Shown here: piece by piece, positions 46,037-59,095 of the stretch
Layout of the letters: each line of letters opens with the position of its first letter
Position numbering within the stretch: position 1 is the first letter of the stretch
The notes under the pieces: generated by a model
The model's database searches: none
Told to the model about the DNA's origin: nothing
Seen by the model: only the letters and a program-made list of their open reading frames with translations
Source of the DNA: Chrysomallon squamiferum
Lineage: Eukaryota > Animalia > Mollusca
Direction of reading: 5' to 3'
Length of the DNA: 64,000 bases
Assembly (NCBI GenBank): GCA_012295275.1
Contig: CM022672.1
Location: 23,436,001 to 23,500,000, forward strand
Translations under genes and position numbers: made by a program

Positions 46037-46042
46037 TTTATT
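46037..46042 (-). terminator. Candidate polyadenylation signal AATAAA of the APGWamide mRNA
   Basis: First AATAAA after the exon 2 stop, about 33 nt downstream. The hexamer is common in AT-rich DNA, so a longer 3'UTR is possible. Confidence 0.4.
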
Positions 46043-46074
46043 ACCTATTTATGGGTTGTCTTCATTGTCGTGGA

Positions 46075-46125
46075 TTACTTCCGCTTGGATATATTTCCAC
46101 ATTCTACCATCCTTCGAGCTTCAAC
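46075..46125 (-). CDS. APGWamide: APGWamide precursor, terminal coding exon 2 (VEARRMVECGNISKRK*)
   Basis: Acceptor gttttattatttcag|GTT at 46126/46125. It is phase 0, matching the exon 1 donor. It supplies the second Cys and a basic C-terminus (C-X24-C...KRK), as expected for molluscan APGWamide precursors. Stop TAA at 46077-46075, followed by AATAAA. Confidence 0.85.
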   Translation of the reverse strand, partial: VEARRMVECGNISKRK

Positions 46126-46331
46126 CTGAAATAATAAAACACGTATTATAAATAAAAGTAATAAATATCATAGCCGTAATGGAATCGTTTTCTGTTTAGG
46201 AAAACTGGTAAAGTGGATTATGTTGCCAACAATACCAAAATTAATTTGGACAAACTTAGTCTTGTCCACTACTAACTGCTATTTTGAATGTTTAACTTGT
46301 TTGTTTGTTTGTTTGTTTGTTTTTTTTTTGT

Positions 46332-46374
<43 letters not shown>

Positions 46375-46499
46375 AATAGCATGAAATGTCACTTACATCT
46401 TTCTACAATATCGATAGGCATTAGGAATCATATTATAAATGACTATTACCTTTTAAAGTATAAATCTTAGAAATAAATACCATGCATCAAACAGTAAAT

Positions 46500-46592
46500 G
46501 AATCAAATTATAAATCAGCACGACGAATTGTTTTAAATCAGAAGCAAAAATCAAATTATAAATCAGCACTTTGAATCAAATTATCATGAATC
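46500..46592 (+). repeat. Short degenerate tandem repeat (aatcaaattataaatcagcac)
   Basis: The motif occurs at 46501 and 46549, with partial copies between and after. Confidence 0.7.
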
Positions 46593-47381
46593 GATTTTTA
46601 TATTTAGCAAGAGGAGGAGATAGTGAATTTCCCCATCTCACTGCTATGGTAAACAGGTTAAACAAATAATGTTTTATTCTTTTTTCATTGTTTTTTTAAA
46701 CTCCATTCATGTCTCCTTTGAACTTCAGTATGATTGAAATCAGACATAAACTTAAGCAGCTATAGCTACGACCGAAGAGTTCGAATGTGGCACATTCTGT
46801 TGCTGCATGGGTGTGTGTATGTTTGTATGTATGTATGTATGTATGTGTGTATGTATGTATGTATGTATGTATGTATGTATGTATGTATGTATGTATAATA
46901 ATGTATATGTGTGTATATGTATGTAAGTATCGATCTATCTCTCTGTGTCTGTCAGTATTTACAGACTTTTTATCTGTTTGTATGTGCACATATCTTATTA
47001 AAAATATAAATAATCATAAAATAAGAACGCTTATGTAACGACGTTATAATGTTTCTTTTCTTTCTGTTTTTCTTTAAGTTTTCCTACTCCAACGTGCGTA
47101 ATCAGAGAAAAAAAAAATAAATAAAAGAAGAGAGAAAAATAAAACGACCTCGAGCTTAGGTTTTATATTTCAGTTATTAAGTTTCATATTACAAAGTTTG
47201 ATTACTTGTCTTCATTTAAGTGAAGGTGCGAGGTATTTAGAGAACAAAGGTGAATTTTATGAGTTTTGTCATGTAAACCTTTTGTGTAAGATTTTTCACT
47301 GCATTATATTTATTAATAGTGTTCAGATATTGAATGGATGTGGCAAGTATTTCAAGACCGACATGACGATATGTCTGAAAA

Positions 47382-47812
<431 letters not shown>

Positions 47813-48971
47813 ATATATATATATATCCTTTGTTAGTCTGTCTGTCTCTATATATTTATCTATGTAGCTATCAGCTCTCTTTTTCTTTCTATTCTGAACC
47901 CATCTAAAATATTTATAGTAGAAGCAAACTTTCTGCTGGAATTTCGAGGGTTTATAAATGTTCAAAATATTATCAACATATTGCAGAATTTATTTATTAT
48001 CTTGGCTAGTACGACATATATACATTAAGAAAGAAAAGTGCCAATAATTAATGAGTATGCACCGCAATTTTGCTTAACGGACCTACAAAATGTGTGTGTA
48101 AGTCAAAATGCAGCTTTAACGATAAGGAAATATACATTTAACGTAATTATATCTAGCTTTCCTTACAATAAATTACATTTAAATTGCATTTGTGATTATA
48201 TTTTTCGATTCAAGATATGAAAAATACTTCACAATATGCCTATGGTTGTGCAAACATATTTCTAGTTTATAATCCCTATAAATTGAAGCAACTTGATGCT
48301 TAAATTAAAAGGCAAAAATACCATCTGATACATTAGAACTGATAGGATATTTCTTTTTTTGATAACATAACCGATTCGTGATAAACCATAACTTGAACAC
48401 AGTTATAACCTACACACAATAAACTATTTTTCTGACAACCAGAGAAAATGTTTCATCTTCCTATCATGGATTTAAACAAAGTGAAAATGTTATGTATCTC
48501 TAACTGTGTTTGACAAAACACGAAATTTCTGAATGCACTCCATTCACCTTCGGACAACCTAGTTCCCCCAAAAAAATTATTTGTTGATTATGTAAACAAA
48601 ATTAACCCATATAAATCACATTTCCGCTGGTATCAATGGCCAGATTTAAGATGCTGATGAAAGTTGTTAATTCGGTTATCGTCCTCTGTCGATCAAAGAG
48701 TGATTCATTATAGTCACAAATTTTTTTCTCGGTGACAGTCCTTGTGAATTAGTCAAACTACTTCGCAAAGAGTAATACTGACAATTTAGGTCCTGTTATA
48801 TGAGATCCTGCCAGTGTGAAGGCACATAAAAAATCTTCCTGCTGCGGGCTTTATTTCTTAATAACATGTTTGTAAAATCGCTAGAAAAACCTTCCATGCT
48901 GTCATATGTGACCGTGTAAATATTTTAAAAAGCCTCATACATAACAGGAACTACATATGTGGACTACATAC

Positions 48972-49002
<31 letters not shown>

Positions 49003-49586
49003 GAAAAAAATGAGAAACTATATATTGACTTTGAATGCAGAGATATCTCCAATATAAAACTGAGTATATGAATGAGTAAGTAAACAAAGGATATATTTTA
49101 AAGTAACTAATGTACTTTCTACTTTTGTTCTCCCAAATGCAGAAAATAAATGAGAGCTTAATGGCTTTACAGTGAATTTAAGTTAAAAAAAAAACAATCG
49201 TTGATAAGCTAGAATGCGAAAGAGGGCAACTAGAACATAATTTTTCTATCGCAGCAAATGACGAGAAAGTCAGATATAGTGGAAAGACGAAAATAGCAAT
49301 AAAATGGAAAAAAAAAAAAAAACATTTTGGTTCTGACGTTTTACATATTCTCAAATATCTTAGGGCACTGTAGTTCTGTCAATTGACTTTTTTTCTTTTC
49401 TTTCTTTTTATATGTCATTCTTTATTTAAATTACTTGTTAGTTTTGAATGCTGATTCTGTGTTAATGTAATTTTAAAAATTTATTTTATTGTCGCTATTG
49501 TTTTGAATGAAATCTTCTGTATTATTATTATTAGTTTTAGTGTTGTTGTTGTTAATTACATATTTTGATTAAAATAATTCTTCTTT

Positions 49587-49609
49587 TTCTTCTTCTTCTT
49601 CTTCTTCTT

Positions 49610-49640
<31 letters not shown>

Positions 49641-49666
49641 TTATTATTATTATTATTATTATTATT
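49587..49666. repeat. Compound (TTC)n(TTA)n microsatellite
   Basis: Direct reading. Confidence 0.96.
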
Positions 49667-50164
49667 GCCGCTGCTACTGTTGTTATTGTTGTTATTGTTT
49701 TGATATTTTATGGTTGTTTGTAGTGCATTCTTACATTACTGTTATTTTTAATCAATGTTCGAGAATTTAAAAATTCGTTGTTTTACATTTACAACAGCAA
49801 TCATCTTAAACCTTTCTAAAAAAAAAATCTTTTGAACTACACGAATGCCCACTTAAATCGTTTATGCGGAAATCGAATTTCGTTTGCTTAGAAACTTTTT
49901 AACTTGCATATTCGATCGTCGGGAGGGTGTCTCTATACGTAACTTAAATGTAGATTAACTCAGAAAACGCCGAATTCTGTAGCTGTTCATATACAATGTT
50001 TTAAAATATTTTTTAAAAATATAAATAAGCATTAAAAAAATATAATTAAATAAAACCGATTATGATTATGAAAAAGACGTTTTCCTCCAATGATATAATT
50101 TTCCAATAAAACCGATTAGTCACATGAACACAATAACAAGAATAACAAAAATATTATTGAAAAG

Positions 50165-50253
<89 letters not shown>

Positions 50254-50540
50254 ACAGATGGATAAGAAAGGAGAGAGACAGATAGAGACACGCACATTTT
50301 GAGGTTTAATACTAGATATAAAGTTGACGAACAACTTAACTTTTTCTTTACAACTGATAAAATACCGTTGATATAGTGATTGAAAAAACCCTGATCATTT
50401 TACCTATCTAATTATGTCTAATGTAAAAAAGTGTGTTGATAAAACGAGAGTGACAACATACAGGTTATTTTCTAAATGTTAAAGAGTTTTGAAAGTAACA
50501 TGAAATATTATACAAAACGGCACAGACTAATTATATGTAA
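50165..50540 (-). repeat. Right arm of the intronic inverted duplication (partner 47382-47790)
   Basis: Reverse complement of the left arm. It includes the (GA)n tract at its inner end. Confidence 0.95.
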
Positions 50541-50660
50541 GTATTTTTAAGTGCTTATTTTCGTAAACAGTTGTCTTCTTTTTTTAAAATCAACGATTAT
50601 TCAAATAATGTATAGTGTTCATATACACCATCCATTTTTCAGTTTAACATATTTTGTTAT

Positions 50661-50714
<54 letters not shown>

Positions 50715-53700
50715 ATCTTCTGTCTTTGTTTATTTTTTTATTTATTCATTATTTTATTATGAAACAAGAAATCTATAATACAAACTAGTCCTAACAAGAC
50801 TATTTAGGTTATCGACGTCTGAGTAATATTACTGTCATCACTTCTGAGCAATCCTGAATTATCATGTTTATTCATTTGTAAACACTTATTTGATTGTTAT
50901 AAACAAAACTGTATGTATATTTTTCTTTCATTTATTTCAAAGGCTTCTGTAACTGACGGCATTTTCCTATATAAGGTGATCAAACATTGGTTTAATGATC
51001 TAACGCAATTTAGTTAGGAATACAATTCAATCAACGCGCTTGTGTCATTGTTTAAATAGTTTGTGTCAATGTGACAGTTCTAAACTCCAATTGCTTTTTG
51101 TTATCAATTATCGCCAAATTAAATTTCGCTGAAGCATTTTTATTTGGCATAAAATGAAAAACACAAACAAAAACTTGACAAGTGAGAGTCTTGAAAAGGC
51201 TTGTCCAATAAAGAAAATACAACTGAAGCACTTGCAAGAGAGTCGAGTAATCTCGGCAAGCGGCCCACTGTGCAAAGCCGCTTAATGCACTTCCTGTATC
51301 ATTTGTTGGTCGTTCCAATTGGACGGAACTCGCGAAGCTGCCAGAACGTCTTAGGCGATGTGTTGTTTTATTCGACAATCGCTGTCTTTAAAATGACACT
51401 TCTAGAGAGATTGTATGTGGAGAACGTAATTAGTGTCGCAAACATGCCTCTTTGACACTTGTACATGTATAACAAGATTATACTCAGTAAAGCGTGTGTT
51501 TACTGTTCTACTTGTATATGTGCAATATATAACGTATTTTACTCAGTGCAGCATACATTTCTTGTACTAACAGAACAACATTAACAAATTTGGCTCAGTG
51601 CATTATCTGTTTCTTATGAATAAAGGTATGGTACTGAATATTATGAGAATATTACTAGATTCAATCAAGCCGCAATTTACTGCTACAGTTATTCATGTAT
51701 GAAAAATGTATTGGACGTCCGTATGATTCCCTTTCTAATTGTTTATGTATAATAAAAGATTACGATTTATATATAATATATTTTCCATTCATTGAAATTC
51801 AGGATACATTTTTATTTTCACTTGCTTTGGTTTTGTTATAATTAATAAAAAAAAAAAAAAAAACAACAACACATACTCGCATATACATACATACATAAAA
51901 TATATAAATATTCATATATATATATATATAGGTAGATTGATGGATAGATACATACAGAGAGATAAATACAGATATAACGACAGACAGATGGATGAATCGA
52001 TAGATAAACTGATAGTTAGACAGACAGATAGACAGACAGACAGAGTTAGATAGACAGATAGATAGGCAGACAGATATAGACAAACAGTCAAAGAGTTATG
52101 ATAATATACAAAGATATAGAAAATAGAGTTCATTATGACGGGCAGTTGATGTGTTTCTTCTAATTAAGAGCTGAGGCACAAAAATAAGAAGAAGTAAGAT
52201 ACTTGAAGAGACTGTCGTGTTACGAGTACTGGATTTAGCGTCTAATAAATCCTGCTTTAAGAAGACTCTTTTTATGTTTAAAGGTTTCTGTGAATCTAGC
52301 AGGTGTTTCCTTGATTAGTTCAGTTAGTTCAGCAACAGCTGTGTCTTACAATAGTAATCCTGAAATTTGTTTTCAGGTTTTTTTTGATTAAAAACGCTAT
52401 GTATGGTTCAGAATATATGGTAATTTTCTTTAGTTTTCGATAAGTGATCCAAAATATTTACATTTGTCTTTGCAAAATAATAAAGTTGCCTTTAAAATAG
52501 ACGAAATTATCATTATAAAATATGATTTTTTTTTTTAAATATGTGAAAATATATTCGTGAAATATTATTTTTTTTCTTTAAAATATATTACATTTCTCTT
52601 TAAAATATATTTAATTTAAATAACTTTCATTAAAAGTCTGCTGACATTTGATTAAACATCTATTAATAAATTCATGTAAATTTGTTCTTAATCATCCTCA
52701 GTTCGTCCATCGATCCATCTGTTCGTACATTCGCCGATCCTGCGTTCATTTTGTTTCTCAGTTAAACACAGTACTAGAAAGATTTCTTTTGGGGCGGCTT
52801 ATATTTTTTTACAAAAAATGTTTTTTTTTTTTTTTCTTCTTTAATTTCTTTTTAATTAGTTCTTACAGCATTAAATTACTTGTTATAATTACATACTTCA
52901 AATAACGTCAGTACGTTTACAAACAGAAACAACATTAGATATGATTGCAATTTTAAAGTGAGTCCCTAAGTGGATATTGAATTTAGCAATCAAACCAGTG
53001 AAATTTATAAGTGTTCTACACGTTTCTTGTGCGTCATGTGAGGATGGTGAATGAGGACAAGTTATGTAGTAAAATTAATTATGTCGCATTTCCATCACTG
53101 TGTGATGGGGCGATCGACAAATACCATGAGATGGAAGAAGGAATGTACCAATCTGTTAGAATTCTAACCGTTAAAAGAGAATAAAGAAAGTGTTTTTTTT
53201 TTTTCGTAGATTTCCTTATTCGGCATGAAATTAATTAACCAACAAATTCATAATGATGCCATTATTATGCTGATTTTCATTAAGATATGTCGTATGTATG
53301 CTTTAATAAAGTGGTTGCTTGCAATAGTTTCTATGGAGGGCCATTGTTTTGTTATACATATCATCTGGGGGGCTTTTATCCTAACTTATTTTTTTCATTT
53401 GAGGGCTTTTGTTCAAGCACTGGGCAGCTTTTGTCTGCCTGTGCGAACCACTGGGGGCTATTTGTCCTTCGGACGGTTAATTTCTTACTTTCTAATAAAA
53501 CGCCGAGCTGGTTAACGTTACTTCGCCGCACAGCAGAGACAAAGCAGTTCACACTGTCTAAAGCACTCAGTTATCTAAGCCCATTGTTCTACTTTATACG
53601 TCTCTCTGTGACATTTTCATTTTACGCTTTTATACACAAGTACACTGGCACTCGCAGATGAAAAAACATTGGAAATTTTTAAAACAGTTTTTAACCAACA

Positions 53701-53792
53701 GTTAACCTTTAATAGTAACCGACAAAAGTCATATTTATATGATCTACTTTAAAAAATAATGACACTCTATATTCCTTTTTTTTTTTTTTGGA

Positions 53793-53965
53793 TAGCAGCA
53801 AGTAAATGTTTATATGGACCTTCCTAGAAATAGTAAAATATATACTGTTATATTAAATAAATATTAAATTGGTAGAAGAGAGAAATAGCTCAATGAACTT
53901 ACAGATGGAAATAGATCCTATGGCTATCAGATATTAGGCTCGATATGTAACTAGTTAACCACAGA
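53793..53965. mobile_element. Heavily decayed SINE-like fragment
   Basis: The blocks tagcagcaag...tttatatg...gagaaatagctcaatg...gatcct occur in the order I recall from a gastropod tRNA-derived SINE family. Recall only. Confidence 0.35.
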
Positions 53966-55170
53966 AAGAAATCGAAATTACAGTTGTGTAAGATGTTTTC
54001 AAAGTTTTTAATTTTTTTATTTTTTATTTTTATTTTTTTTATCGATAGCTCTAGTTTTACACACTTCTTGATATTGTTCAGTTCATTATATTTTCAGTTA
54101 TTATTTATTGTATATTACACACACACACACACACACATTATTCTTACATTAAATACATATATATATTCTTGAATATATACGAATGTATACACACAAACTA
54201 ATATAGTCTAATATACACACATACTAACATTCATACATACATCCATCCATCCATCCATACATACATACATACATACATACATACATACATACATACATAC
54301 ATACATACACACACACATACATATACAAACATTACTGTTATTCTTTACTTCATCGTGTTTTTCAAACTTCGAAAGAAAAGAAGAAAAATTACAAAATTTA
54401 TTCTTTAAATGAGATCATTACCGAATGCATTTAAAACAATCGCCCACATGCATAAAGACATATTTGTTCTTTAAAAAAAAAAAAAACAACAAAAAAACGT
54501 CTAGAAATGAAAAAAAAAAAGAGACAGATTTCAAAATGTATCCTGGTCATGCAAGACAAGATATAATAAACAAATTTCGAAATGTTTTTGCACTGGCATC
54601 TGATGCACAGTTTCGCTCATTAATCTCTCAAGTGTGTGTGTGGACGCTGATGCCAGTCGCAAAACGAATGAACACGACGGACTGAGTCGTGAAAGATGCC
54701 GGAAGAAACGAGTGATACTAATTGAAAAATGGGAAGAATTCTCCTACCGCACCGATACATTTAAATGATCGTGTCACATTTGTAGATTAATGAGAACAGG
54801 TGCTGATGAAAATTTAAGGGTTATGTAAAAATAGCTGACTGCTACACACAATAGGGTAATGGAAGATAGGTTGTGTTTCGCGAAGAAGAAAAATACGCTG
54901 CTGTACTTAAACTGTTGAGCGTGTTGTTGTTAAGCAAGCACTGAGACACGAGTCCAGCTGAGATCGAGAGGGTCATGAAATACTACAGCTGATCGTAACA
55001 AACACGTAATTATCTATCTCTGTGTACGTTGTATCTACGTATGAATGTGTGTATATGTATTTATATGTGTGGTATTTATATTTGTGTAACTGTACTGTAT
55101 GAATGTATATATGTATATATCTATCTAACTCTCTTTCTAAACATATATCTATCTGTCTATCTGTCTGTCT

Positions 55171-55276
55171 GTCAGTTAGCTAGTTAGCCAGTTAGCCAGT
55201 TAGCCAAAAATTAGCCAGTTAGCCAGTTAGCCAGTTAGCCAGACAGCCACTCAGCCAGTTAGCAAATTAGCCAGTC
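55171..55276 (+). repeat. 8-mer minisatellite (AGCCAGTT)n, degenerate
   Basis: Repeated ttagccag units. Confidence 0.85.
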
Positions 55277-56308
55277 ATCCATTATTCTGTGAATATATTT
55301 GCCTCTTTCTGCCTGTCTGTCCATTTATAAATTTTATTCTATATCATTTTTATTTTGTGGTGCAAGTGGGAGTTTACAAGCTACAGAAAAAATTCACGAG
55401 TTTTTTTTTGTTGTAAAAAGTGTAAAAAATATTAAATGCTTGATGTCAAGTATGATTTAATGAACAGAAGTGGGAAATAACACGGAGGTTATAGGGAAAA
55501 CGTGGTTGGTTGCGGGATCATATCTTCACAGAGCAGCCTTTGAGTTATATTCCGTGACGCAAAAACAGAGGCTTTCATCTGGAGATGATATGTCTGAATT
55601 ACAGTACGTTTGATATCAAAATGGTCGATGACACAAAATTAATCAATGAACTTTCGTGGAATTAAGCTAAATTAGCAAACTTTTAGGTAATCTCCTTCCT
55701 GTAATGTGGATGCACATTATTCACAGTAATGCTGTTTTTAATTTTTTTAATTTTTTTAAAATTTTTTTTATTGAGGAATGGGTTTTTTTTTTTTTTTTTT
55801 TTTTTTTCAGATATGTCAACTGATGTTGATTAGGACCTTCGTTATTGAAAAGAAACTTTTGTACGAGTTTTATTTTTATTTCTCCGTGTTTTTTTTTTTT
55901 TTTTCTGTTTGCTTTTCTTTTTCTTTCCTCTTTTTAAAAAATAACGACTGGTAATAATGTATAGCAGCGGGAAGAAAATTAATTCTTCGTCTTCAAGCTT
56001 TCACTATAGTGTTAAAATAAAGCAAAAAAATAGAAAGTAAAATAATTTAGGCTCGAATCGATATCAGTCTAGAGTATCGATGCAATAACTATAAAAATGT
56101 AATATTTCTCAAAAGAGATGGGATAATTAAATTCATTAGAACTTTATAGTTGATTGCTGATGTCGATTCCCTTTCAAGCATGAATTTGCAAAAGATTCAG
56201 TAACAAAAGGTGTTTCTTTCTTTATTTCAGAACATTCATTTCTTTTTATTTCATTTCAAATAATTTTTCTCTTTCGTCTCCCTGCCAAAGAAGGATTTAT
56301 TTCTATAA

Positions 56309-56469
56309 TAAGTACAAAAGTGTTTTGATAGTTATAGTGTAAAATATATGAATTACAATTCCAATTAAATGATATGGATTAGATCTATAGTAAGTACAAA
56401 AGTGTTTTGTCAGTTATAGTGTGAAATATATTAATTGCAATTCTAGTTAATAGATATGGATTAGATCTA
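56309..56469 (+). repeat. Tandem duplication, two ~82-bp copies
   Basis: taagtacaaaagtgttttg...gatatggattagatcta starts at both 56309 and 56391. Confidence 0.9.
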
Positions 56470-59095
56470 AAATCAATGTAGAAAATGTTTCATAATATGA
56501 TTAAAGATTCTTATTAATTTTTTTTATATTTTTTTTTCGTGATATTATGTTGTTCCATGCCACATATTATCAATAATAATACCAGTAATAATAACAGTCG
56601 CAAGTAGCGCTAATACTTTGGTGCTGCTAGGACTCTGATGAAGAAACTGACCACTGAGTCTGATATGGAAGAATGATTCCTCTGGTATCTCGCCCTTCAG
56701 CCATCAGCTGTAACTTTACATTATTAGTAGTGAATCTTCAAACTGATTACAAACTGCTATACAGAATCAAACGGATTCTAACTGTTCTATCAATAAATTA
56801 TCCTGACGCAGCTGAATCTCTAGGAGATCAGACTTCTTCACAGGGAGTCCAAGATATTCGTGCTTTGTGTAGGTCTGCTCTCACTAGTAATTGAGGATTC
56901 CAAAACCAAATCAGCAAAGCTCAGGATAAAGTGTCTTAAATGTCTCTGGGAGCCATCTGAAACAGCTTTAGCTCAATCGCAGAGTTCTGGCTTTTACGAC
57001 CCATGTGTCGTATTATCATCCTCGTTATTTCAGGCGTTACGGGTTATAGCATTTGTATTTCGTTTTTACATTTCATTTATATGATTGACATTATCAAATG
57101 CTATTCATCTATGTTGGAGAAATATTGAAGAAAGAATAGTGTAAAATCTCGATTTAAAAAAAAAATTCTTAGTTTTTAAATCGTCGTTTTAACATCAAAT
57201 GAAAAGTTAAGAATTAAAAGTGAAATGAAGCAAGCGGACAAATATATCATCTTTTTTCTTGTAAAAGAAAATCATTTATGAGAATCCTTTTTGAGGAACA
57301 TACATTCTAAACAATGTTATCATCTTATTTGTATTAAAAGTATTTATATTTTCTTATTTATAATGAAAGTGAGCAGTTTAAGTAAATCCTTTTGATAAAC
57401 GTATTACTATAATAGACTGATAAATGGTAATGCTGCTCGTATTGAAGAAATATGCCCCAGACTCAAGACTATTCCACGGAGAACACGAACAATGTGGTTT
57501 AGTTTTGCTGCTGTTGTTGTAGTTGTTTGTTATGTGTTATTTTCTTTCAAAAATAGTTAATTTTTGTTTTGCTAATAACTTATTGGCTGGTTTGATAAAG
57601 ATGAGATTTGTTTGGTTGTTGTAACTCTCGGGACTATAATTCTTCCGTAACACGCATATCTGCATTTATCAGTTCCGTGTATTTTAAGTTGTTGGATGAA
57701 CAAACGTATACAAGAACTGCTCATGCCGCCTTAAAGTTTACGAATATAAAACACTGTTTATTGTTTTATTACAGTTTTAGCCTAAATGTGTTTTTCTTTA
57801 CTTTTTTTTAATGGAATAATAATCGAAACAGAAAAATGTAAAGTGATAAAATATTATTGTTAAACATGATACTTAAAACAGTAAACGGAAGTGAACAAAG
57901 CTTCAAAGTTCTGAAAACAGACTTGTAGATGGAGGTTTTTCTTACTAACTTATTACTGCTTTTTTACTACTCAGCAATATCAATAGCTTTGCACTGAAAA
58001 TGAACAGCCTGAACAACGGCAGACAAAGGTCAGATAGTTCTCAAAAGCAAATGTAATAACACTTTTCAAGACTCGAATTTTAGTCGCATATGAACTCGAA
58101 TAAAAACCCAATAAGCTTGACATTTATTACAGCTTCATGGAATCAGTCTTCACTGACGCTGATTCTAAAAATAAAGTTTCAAGACTTTTGTTTGCAGTAA
58201 CAAGAAATTAGTAGTAGAGATAGGTTTAAATGAAATCTCCCATTGACTGCATCATTGATGAGAAAACAGTTAAGTTGGACTATTAATGAAAGTTGTTTTG
58301 ACATAAAAATAATTTATACATGTCACAATTTCTTCTGTAGCATATGCTCATGGTTTCACTTATGGAGTTATAAAAAGTCTCTCTCTCTATATATATATAA
58401 ATTATATTTCAGTTCAGTGGAATGGCTGGAAGGAATTGGGTGTTGGTTATAAAAGGAGTCAGTTGGATGCTAACCAAAAAAACCAACAACAAAACAACAA
58501 ATATGTATCCATTCTCATAAAGCATTACAAATATAATGAATATTGTAGCAATGCTTAAAAGTCGTACAATAATTTACTCTGAAAGATTTATACCTAAGAT
58601 CTGCAAATGTCAGAGATTGGCATAAAGACTTAATATAAGTATCCTGGAATAATATTATTTGATTGTTATAACTCAGATTTCGTGGCTTAAGCAAGGACAA
58701 ATTATTATTTGAAATTACGTCCTTTACCAGTATTTCAGTGCCATGAAATGGTTTTATTAAAAAGTACGAATTGATAAATTCAAAATCTTGAAAATTCTGT
58801 ATCCTAAGATTAATATCTAAATATAAGGATATAAAAACGAAAATGAAATAATTTATTTCAATTAAAGGTGTATAAAAATACTGGTTGGTTTCTGGTGTTG
58901 ATGTTATATAGTAATTACCTGGAATGTTAACCTAATAATCACTAACATAAAAAGAAACGTAAAACTGAACTATACAACTGTTAAAATGTTTTATGATGTC
59001 ATTGTTATGTACATTCATTAATTAGTTAGTCACTGTATAGCACGTAAATCATTATTACATACGTAACAGCGTTATTTAAAACAGACATCACTTAC

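Noticed and set aside
51052-51455. Overlapping 108-aa and 84-aa ORFs inside the intron, as a nested gene
   Set aside because: No homology recognised and no supporting exon structure. A GC-richer regulatory island is more likely.
59072-59095. ORF-track C-terminus VSDVCFK* as the main protein end
   Set aside because: It begins exactly at a consensus GTAAGT donor, and a better-fitting terminal exon exists at 46125-46075. It is kept only as a possible minor isoform.
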